From Methanosarcinaceae archaeon (GTDB taxonomy: Archaea > Halobacteriota > Methanosarcinia > Methanosarcinales > Methanosarcinaceae), in assembly GCA_028690255.1 (NCBI GenBank), contig JAQVBP010000005.1, positions 1-35,008 on the forward strand: a DNA stretch of 35,008 nucleotides. Reading direction: 5' to 3'. This document shows positions 25,454 through 32,117 of this stretch, piece after piece (the stretch's first letter is position 1; each line of letters opens with the position of its first letter). The notes under the pieces are model-generated. The model was given only the letters and a program-made list of their open reading frames with translations, was not told the origin of the DNA and did no database searches. The translations under genes and the position numbers were made by a program.

Positions 25454-25535
25454 TTCCGTGACAATTTAATATTTATTATACACCAATTTCTTTGAAAAAG
25501 AAACATAATCCAGTAGACTTCTCTTCTCTGCCCTC

Positions 25536-25721
25536 AGTTGCCTTTAAATGCCGGTACTTCCTACTATCCCCTGATCGACATGCCACGGAAAAAGCAATTT
25601 GAAAAACCCCTGCATGGGGACAAGGAAAGTTTGAGATTCGCAAGCCTGAGCCAATTACCCGCTACAGGGCCCGGCGTCTGAAATGCCGGACCTGGCCGAT
25701 ATAAGCTACGGGACCGGGGGC
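25536..25721 (+). pseudogene. Degenerate duplicate of the 5' end of the methyltransferase gene at 26675
   Basis: Hand alignment to 26673-26860 gives about a dozen substitutions and two 1-nt deletions, which shift the frame. ATG at 25580 corresponds to GTG at 26717. Confidence 0.8.
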
Positions 25722-25860
25722 GAATCAATGTGAAAAAAAATCAATGTGAGAAAAGACAAATTTCATTCTCTTCCGTTTCTCTTTTACGTTTCTCTTTTTG
25801 CTTTCTGGCTTTCTGGTTTTCTGCCCTTATTGAAATTCGCCAGGTCTTTATTTAGTATAG

Positions 25861-25895
25861 CCAATTATAATGTGCTATAGTAAGTTATAAATTGG
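25861..25895. promoter_or_regulatory. Imperfect palindrome ccaattataa-N14-ttataaattgg upstream of the antitoxin gene (candidate TA operator/promoter)
   Basis: Read directly. Lies 21 nt upstream of ATG 25916 and contains TATA-like ttataa. Confidence 0.35.
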
Positions 25896-25915
25896 TTCAA
25901 ATCTAATAGCTGTTT

Positions 25916-26140
25916 ATGGCTGAAACGACGACCATTCAGGTAAAACAGAGCACAAAAGAAGCTCTTGAGAGAATGAAAATCTTCTCTAGAGAAACTTACA
26001 ATGATGTCCTGGAAAGGCTGATGGAAGAGGTTCAGGAAATAAACGAAGAGACAAAAAAAGAGATCGAATGTGCCCGTCAGGAGATTGAAGAAGGCAAATA
26101 CGTTACCCACGAAGATCTAAAGAAAGAAATGGGATTCTGA
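25916..26140 (+). CDS. Antitoxin (ribbon-helix-helix-like) of a RelE/ParE-type module
   Basis: 74 aa, acidic. N-terminal TTIQVKQSTKEALERMK (beta strand plus helix). Stop overlaps the toxin start (TGATG). Confidence 0.7.
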   Translation: MAETTTIQVKQSTKEALERMKIFSRETYNDVLERLMEEVQEINEETKKEIECARQEIEEGKYVTHEDLKKEMGF

Positions 26141-26409
26141 TGCGTTTTCAAATTATCTGGTCCGAATCAGCAGCTTCCCAACTAAAAAAACTGGACCATT
26201 CCGTTGCAAAGCGCATTTATCGGAAAGTCTCCGAACTTGAGGAGAATCCTTACCGTTACGTGACAAAACTTGTAGGGGATTCCAGTTACAGGCTGCGAGT
26301 TGGAGATTATAGAGTGATTCTGGATATTCAGGGCAACCACCTATCGGTTCTTGTGCTTAAAATCGGGCACAGAAAAGACATTTATAAAACCATAGCAGAA
26401 AACCCCTGA
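26140..26409 (+). CDS. RelE/ParE-family type II toxin
   Basis: 89 aa. YRLRVGDYRVILDI...VLVLKIGHRKDIY is the hallmark C-terminal pattern of RelE/StbE toxins. Confidence 0.85.
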   Translation: MRFQIIWSESAASQLKKLDHSVAKRIYRKVSELEENPYRYVTKLVGDSSYRLRVGDYRVILDIQGNHLSVLVLKIGHRKDIYKTIAENP

Positions 26410-26674
26410 GTCTTTAGCTCAGTGGCCGTTCACTTCTCGACTTCTTTTTGTCTCTGTATTTTCTTTCCTTACCTGCATTCCGCATTTTTAGGCGCATAAA
26501 GGTCTTTAGCTATTGAATTATATGCTTAAAATATAAGCACATGGTTTTTTTGGACTGGCTTTTAAAATCAGCATCAATTGAGATCATATGTTAGTAATAA
26601 TGCCTATATATGCGCTTAAAATTTGGAAACTAAAATTATAAACAAGAAAAGTTTTCTTTCCCCTGACCAGGTAG

Positions 26675-27757
26675 TTGCCTTTAAATGCCGGTACTCCCTA
26701 CTATTCCCTGATCGATGTGCCAAGGAAAAAGCAATTTGAAAAACCCCTGCATGGGGACAAGGAAAGTTTGAGATTCGCAACGCCCGAGCCAATTGCCCGC
26801 TACAGGGCCCAGCGCCTGAAATGCCGGACTCTGGCCGATATAAGCTGCGGAATCGGGGGCCAGACCATCTTTTTTGCCCAGCAGTGCGAGTCCGTCTACG
26901 CTGTGGAAATCGACCCGAAGAAAATCGAATACGCAAAACAGAACTGTGAGATGTACGGGCTCGAGAACGTGACTTTCATCTGCGGAGATGCCCTCGACCC
27001 GGAAGTCATAGCGCAGATCCCTAAAGTCGATATAGTGTTTTCGGACCCGGCCCGGCCGGCCGAAGAGGACGAGAGGCAGGTCTCAAGTATCGAGCCCGGA
27101 ATCCCGAACGTGCTTGAAGCCTATGCGGAAAAGACCCGGAACTTCGCCTTTGAGGCTCCGCCTCAGATGCCCCCCGAAAGGATTCCCTTTGACTGCGAAA
27201 AAGAGTACATCTCCCTCGACGGGCAGCTCAACCGCCTGACCCTCTACTTCGGAGCCCTCAGGCAGTTTGAAAGGCTGGCAGTCGCCCTCCCTGCGGGAGA
27301 GGGGCTTGTCGCAAAGGAAAACCCGATTTCCCAGGTCCGGGAAACCGATAAAATGAAACTCTATGCCTACGAACCCGAGCCCTCGGTCGTGGCAGCGGAA
27401 CTTTTGCCTGAGCTCATCGACTCCATGATCGACATCGTAGGGCCCCTTGTCGGAGGGTTTGAACTCTTCCGTGTAGATAAAAAAAGGATCCTGCTTACGA
27501 CAGATGCCCTTGCCAAACAGTCCATGGTCAAGAACAACTACCTCGTACTCGGGACCAGGCCTTTCGAGCCGAAGGAAATAAACGAATTTTTGAAGAACAG
27601 AAACGTCGGAAGCGTCGTCCTCAGAGCCGGGGTGAAACCCGAAGCCTACTGGGACGTCAGAAATGAAATCGAAGAAGGCCTGGAAGGAAAAAAGACCGTG
27701 CACCTCTTTGTGAAAGGGGATACCGCAATTCTCTGTGAAGTGCTTTTCAAGGATTGA
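26675..27757 (+). CDS. Class I SAM-dependent methyltransferase (RNA-methylase/Tgs-like N-domain plus a C-terminal domain of unknown function)
   Basis: Motif I LADISCGIGGQTIFFA, motif IV-like VFSDPARP. The track start is TTG 26675. In-frame GTG 26717 is the likelier start because the duplicated copy has ATG there. Confidence 0.8.
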   Translation: MPLNAGTPYYSLIDVPRKKQFEKPLHGDKESLRFATPEPIARYRAQRLKCRTLADISCGIGGQTIFFAQQCESVYAVEIDPKKIEYAKQNCEMYGLENVTFICGDALDPEVIAQIPKVDIVFSDPARPAEEDERQVSSIEPGIPNVLEAYAEKTRNFAFEAPPQMPPERIPFDCEKEYISLDGQLNRLTLYFGALRQFERLAVALPAGEGLVAKENPISQVRETDKMKLYAYEPEPSVVAAELLPELIDSMIDIVGPLVGGFELFRVDKKRILLTTDALAKQSMVKNNYLVLGTRPFEPKEINEFLKNRNVGSVVLRAGVKPEAYWDVRNEIEEGLEGKKTVHLFVKGDTAILCEVLFKD

Positions 27758-27876
27758 AGATTGAAGTTCAGAAACTAAATTTCAGGAAAAAATAAAAGAA
27801 ATGCTGCCCGGGTTTTCCGGGTAGCTTACTGTTTTTGTGCCTTATCAGCTGATGACCAACCAATCAGCCAAATACT

Positions 27877-27928
27877 AAACGAATTAGCTAAACGAATTAG
27901 CTAAACGAATTAGCTAAACGAATTGGCT
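27877..27928. repeat. 13-bp tandem repeat aaacgaattagct x4 (last copy has 1 mismatch) in a convergent intergenic spacer
   Basis: Read directly. Confidence 0.9.
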
Positions 27929-27967
27929 GGCCAGCTAATCGATTTTCAAATTAGCTTTTTTATCAGC

Positions 27968-30751
27968 TTATTCGGATTTTCCAGCGCAGGCTTCCTGTAC
28001 AAGCTCAAGCCCGCGGGCCAGGGCAACTTCGATCTTTGAGGGGTCGGTCCCTCCGCCCATGGCAAGGCCCGGCTTTCCACCGCCGCCGCCCCCGACGATT
28101 ATTGACATTTCTCTGACAAGGTCCCCGGCTTTGACCCCGCGGGCCACGGCCGTTTTGCCTGCCGCTGCCACGAGTTTGACTCCCCCTACCTCGCTTGCAA
28201 GAAGGGTTACCACGTCCCCGGCCTTTATGAGTTCGGTTGCGATCTTGTGGAGTTCCTGGGAATCCGCACCTGCAATGAGTTCCGAGACCACTTTCAGGCC
28301 GTCGATTTCTTTTGCATTTTCGAGCAATTGATAAACCCTTGCCCGGGCCAGTTCTTCCTTAAGACGCTCGTTTTCTTTCTTGAGGTCCTTCCATTCTCCG
28401 AAGAAACGCTCCACACTTGCAGGGAGCTGGTCCTGGGGAATACTGAGGGTCTTTGAGGCTTCAACCAGGAGGGCTTCCGTCTTCTGCATGGCAAAGACCG
28501 CCGCGTCTCCTGCCGCAAATTCAAGCCTCTCCACCCCGTCCTGAATCCTCTCTGTCCTCAGGATTTTGATGGGGCCCACAATGCCCGTGCTCGTGCAGTG
28601 CGTCCCGGCACAGGCTTCCACATCGTCGCCCACCTTGACGACCCTGATGAGGTTTCCTGGAGGAACTCCGCCCTGGTAGAGCCCGAAACCGTATTCCTGC
28701 TCGGCTTCGGTTCTCGGCATCCATTCGGTCAGGACCCGCCTGTTTTCCATGACCGTCCGGTTGGCAAGAAGCTCGATCTGCCTGAGTTCGTCAGGGGAGA
28801 TGTGCTTGTAATGGGAAAGGTCCAGCCTTGAATGGTCTTCAAACTTCTGGGCCCCTGCCTGCCAGATATGGTTTCCGAGGACTTTCCTGGCGGCGTCGTT
28901 TACGATGTGGGTTGCGGTATGATGTCTTGCAAGGGCCATCCTGCGCTCCACGTCCACCTTGCCCACAATCATGTCGCCTTTGCTAATCTCCAGCTCGCCT
29001 TCTGAAAGTTCCACTTTGTGCATGATTACCCCGGCATGGACCTGGACGTCCTTTACCCGGTAAACCGCATCCCCGGAACTGATGGTCCCGGTGTCTGCAG
29101 GCTGGCCCCCGCCTTCCGCATAGAAGAAGGTGCTGTCAAGCACGATGTTCCTGTCAAAAACGTCAAGGACAACGGCCTCGAACTCCATGCGGGTGGGCTC
29201 GTCGTAGAAGAGGCGTTTGGTCTTCGGAAGATGAGTGAGTCGTTCTGCATAGGGGAATTCCTCGACTTCCTTTTCCTCGGCCTTGTTCTGTCTTTCTCCG
29301 ATAAGGGAATAAAAGTTGTCCGGGAACTCGACTTCCACCCCGAGCTCGGCCGCGACGTCCTTTGCGGTCTCGGGAGGGATTCCGTGACTGTCGTAGAGTT
29401 CGGTTAACTGAGAGAGGGGGATCTTTCCGCCGCTTTCCTTGAAATGCTTTGCGGATTTCTGGATGATTCTCCGGCCCCGCTCAAGGGTGGTGTTGAACTT
29501 CTCTTCTTCCGACAGAAGGATGTCCTGTATAACAGGGAAGTTTTCCCTGAACTCCGGATACTCGGGCATGTTTTTGATGTGTATGTCCACGATTTCCGAA
29601 AGGGGGGTCCGGATGTCCAGGTCCTTCATCATGCGCATGGTCCTTCTCAGGACCAGCCGGGCAAGATATCCGCCTTTGACATTTGAGGGAATGACCCCGT
29701 CGGCCAGCATGAAGGTCAGGCAACGGGTATGATCCGTGATTGCATAGACCTTTTCAACGGGCTCCATGATGGAGGAGAGTTTGTCCACGGTCATGCCGAT
29801 GCTCGAAGCCACCTGTTTTCTGAGGCCAAAGAGGTTGGCCTTTTCGCTAACGTCCATAAGTCCCGAAAGTCTTGCGTTCTGGGCCAGGATGTTTGCATAT
29901 TCGGGATCGTCGAGTTCGTGTTCGAGCCCTGCAAGCCCCATGAGTTCGTTTACGATTTCAGGGAAGATTGCATCGTAGATCGTGGGTGAGCCTTTTGAGG
30001 CCCAGACGAAACGCTCAAGCCCGTAGCCCGTATCCACGATGTAGTTGTCCATTCTGGAGTAGTTTTCACCCTTGATCGGGATGTCCCCGTTTTTGTCCTG
30101 TTTCAGGTTCATGAAAACAAGAGTTGCGAGTTCAAGCCCGTTTACGATAGTCTCGACGCACGCACCTGCGTTTCCTCCGCCTGCCCAGGGCTCTTCCTTG
30201 TAAGTTACGGCAAAGGGGTCGAGTTTGAGGGAATTGAGGAGCTCGTCACAGAGTTCAAGGGTTCTGTCCTTCCAGTAGATCTCTTTACCTTTGTTGTTGA
30301 AGGCGTGGTGAGCCATCATCTCAAAGGTTGTCAGGTGTCTGCCACTCCTTCCTACCGAGTCAAGGTCATTTAAGCGGATACAGGGCTGAGAGATTGTGAG
30401 GGGGTTGGCCGGAGGTGGGACCTGTCCCGAGGTTACAAAAGGCTGGAAGTCCGCAATGGAGGCAATTGTAAGGTAAATATCGTCCCTCCAGCGAGCAATC
30501 ACCGGGTAGCGGTCGATTCTGGTGTGATCATGGGCCTCGAAAAAGGAAAGGTAATACTCACGCATTTCTGCTATATTGAATTCCCGGGAAAAAGCCGGGT
30601 TTCCAATAAAAGAATAGGGGTCGCATGGAGCGTCTCCGCAGGTCTCTCGGTCAAGATCCCGGGTCCAGAAGAATGCACCACACTTGGAGCACTGCTTCCG
30701 GACAAAACCGTTATCTTTGAAAAAATCAATTTGATACTCGTCTTGAAGCAT
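27968..30751 (-). CDS. alaS: Alanine--tRNA ligase (archaeal type)
   Basis: 927 aa. N-terminal zinc-knuckle-like CSKCG...CGDAPC, class II core, editing-domain HHTATH and CAGTHC motifs, C-terminal GGGGGGKP (DHHA1). Confidence 0.97.
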   Translation of the reverse strand: MLQDEYQIDFFKDNGFVRKQCSKCGAFFWTRDLDRETCGDAPCDPYSFIGNPAFSREFNIAEMREYYLSFFEAHDHTRIDRYPVIARWRDDIYLTIASIADFQPFVTSGQVPPPANPLTISQPCIRLNDLDSVGRSGRHLTTFEMMAHHAFNNKGKEIYWKDRTLELCDELLNSLKLDPFAVTYKEEPWAGGGNAGACVETIVNGLELATLVFMNLKQDKNGDIPIKGENYSRMDNYIVDTGYGLERFVWASKGSPTIYDAIFPEIVNELMGLAGLEHELDDPEYANILAQNARLSGLMDVSEKANLFGLRKQVASSIGMTVDKLSSIMEPVEKVYAITDHTRCLTFMLADGVIPSNVKGGYLARLVLRRTMRMMKDLDIRTPLSEIVDIHIKNMPEYPEFRENFPVIQDILLSEEEKFNTTLERGRRIIQKSAKHFKESGGKIPLSQLTELYDSHGIPPETAKDVAAELGVEVEFPDNFYSLIGERQNKAEEKEVEEFPYAERLTHLPKTKRLFYDEPTRMEFEAVVLDVFDRNIVLDSTFFYAEGGGQPADTGTISSGDAVYRVKDVQVHAGVIMHKVELSEGELEISKGDMIVGKVDVERRMALARHHTATHIVNDAARKVLGNHIWQAGAQKFEDHSRLDLSHYKHISPDELRQIELLANRTVMENRRVLTEWMPRTEAEQEYGFGLYQGGVPPGNLIRVVKVGDDVEACAGTHCTSTGIVGPIKILRTERIQDGVERLEFAAGDAAVFAMQKTEALLVEASKTLSIPQDQLPASVERFFGEWKDLKKENERLKEELARARVYQLLENAKEIDGLKVVSELIAGADSQELHKIATELIKAGDVVTLLASEVGGVKLVAAAGKTAVARGVKAGDLVREMSIIVGGGGGGKPGLAMGGGTDPSKIEVALARGLELVQEACAGKSE

Positions 30752-31278
30752 AATTATCTCTCCGGATGCGTGGGGGCGGACTCTGCCTGATTTTCAGAGA
30801 AAAGAAAAAGAAAGCAGAAAACCCCCGCTCAACCGTTATATGGGTTTACTTAGATAGAGCATATACAAATTCATCAAGTGCAATCATTGAGTTTAACATT
30901 AAATCCAGTCATTAAGCCTGTTTAAATACAGTGAATAGTCTTAGACATTATGAACATAAAATGAATTATATAAGGTGTTGCATTGGAAAAGTGCTGACAA
31001 AACAAGATTTTGCAGCAATAACAAATTAAAGCGGACTTTAAAATATAAAGATTATTCTGTGAACCGCACCCCCATATCAGCCTTTGGCTGCGGAGGAATT
31101 GCTGTTTGAAATCAAATGATTCTATAGAAAAACCTAATTCTATTTTAAAAGGCTATTTTTTGACTGGATTTTTCAATACTGCATAAATTTAGATGTAAAT
31201 TTCCAACTTTTTCGACATTACCTGATTATAAAAACCATACATTATAAATTTATTGTAAAAATCGCAAATTAAAAAAAG

Positions 31279-31306
31279 GAAATTCCTTCAACTGGAAGGA
31301 AATTTC
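31279..31306 (-). terminator. Candidate stem-loop terminator flanked by A7/A8 runs (T-runs on the minus strand)
   Basis: gaaattccttc-aactg-gaagga(a)atttc, an 11-bp stem with one bulge. Downstream of the YhbY-like gene on the minus strand. Archaeal termination mainly needs T-tracts, so this is tentative. Confidence 0.3.
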
Positions 31307-31421
31307 AAAAAAAAGTTACAATAAAAGGAGAAAGGCGCCATCATACCCCTGTTTTCACTTTATAGTGCCACCACCTCTCAGCCAGAAGGAACACCCAAGA
31401 AAATTCCCTGGAAAAGCCGGG

Positions 31422-31493
31422 AAAAACATGAAAAACATGAAAAACATGAAAAACATGAAAAACATGAAAAACATGAAAAACATGAAAAACATG
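31422..31493. repeat. 9-bp tandem repeat aaaaacatg x8, intergenic
   Basis: Read directly. Generates the artefactual HVF/NMK repeat ORFs on both strands. Confidence 0.95.
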
Positions 31494-31524
31494 CTGAGTG
31501 CGAGGGGAAGGGGCCCCCGGAAAA

Positions 31525-31803
31525 TTATCTGTAAAGGACCACAGTCCTGCCCCGGGTCTCAATAAGGGTAGACTTTGTTTCCTCTGCAAGTTCTTCTGCT
31601 ATACCTTTCAGGTCCTTCTCCGCTTCCGCACTCTTCAGCACCTTTACTTTCACAAGCCTGCTGGCCTTTATGTGCTTTTTCAGTTCCTCTATTACGGAAT
31701 CAGTAACTCCGTTCTTTCCTATATTTATGATAGGACTGAGTTTGCTTGCCTCTGCCTTTAAACTGTAGATTTTATCCTTTTCCATAAGCATTCTCACGGT
31801 CAA
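31525..31803 (-). CDS. YhbY/CRS1 (CRM) family RNA-binding protein
   Basis: 92 aa. LKAEASKLSPIINIGKNGVTDSVIEELKKHIKASRLVKVKV...RGRTVVLYR matches the YhbY pattern. The true start may be an internal Met. Confidence 0.82.
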   Translation of the reverse strand: MTVRMLMEKDKIYSLKAEASKLSPIINIGKNGVTDSVIEELKKHIKASRLVKVKVLKSAEAEKDLKGIAEELAEETKSTLIETRGRTVVLYR

Positions 31804-32053
31804 CCGTATAATTAAGTTTTCCGTTCAAAAAGCATAATCTCCACCTGAAGAGCTATTGATCCAATTCCAAAAGTACATTCACAAACCCGGACTTTCAGGA
31901 TTGATCCATTGATCAAAGAATTGCCCATTATAGGCAGATACCAAAATTCCTCTCAGTCCCCCTCAAACTACCTGACATACTATCAAAACCTGTGGAATAA
32001 TCCGACACCCTGATTTTAGAGAGTTTTGAAGTTAACGGCGTTAGCATTAAATA

Positions 32054-32100
32054 TTAGGGCGACCTAAATCGCAGATAAGCAATATATTAGGCAACCCTAA
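32054..32100. promoter_or_regulatory. Two 14-bp palindromes TTAGG-N4-CCTAA (32054-32067, 32087-32100) just upstream of feoB, candidate metalloregulator operator
   Basis: ttagggcgacctaa and ttaggcaaccctaa, each preceded by atatta. Centres are 33 bp apart. The second ends 17 nt before the feoB ATG. Confidence 0.4.
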
Positions 32101-32117
32101 AAATAAAAAGGTAGAAT

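Larger units (their letters stand above)
22730..26672. mobile_element. Accessory region: AT-rich two-gene island (22730-25530) plus a toxin-antitoxin cassette bracketed by direct repeats
   Basis: Sharp drop in GC by eye, non-housekeeping genes, TA module, duplicated 5' end of the flanking gene. No recombinase seen. Confidence 0.5.

Noticed and set aside
26411-26430. gtctttagctcagtgg resembles a tRNA 5' acceptor/D-arm (TAGCTCAGTGG)
   Set aside because: No closing D-stem (gagc), anticodon arm or T-arm follows. The 10-mer gtctttagct recurs at ~26503 and gtcttta at ~25848, so it is more likely a short dispersed motif than a tRNA remnant.
31341-31589. ORFs 31341-31589(-) and 31365-31565(+), encoding HVFHVF... 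and NMKNMK... repeats
   Set aside because: Both are generated by the 9-bp x8 tandem array read on opposite strands. They overlap the 3' end of the YhbY-like gene, and there is no independent coding evidence.
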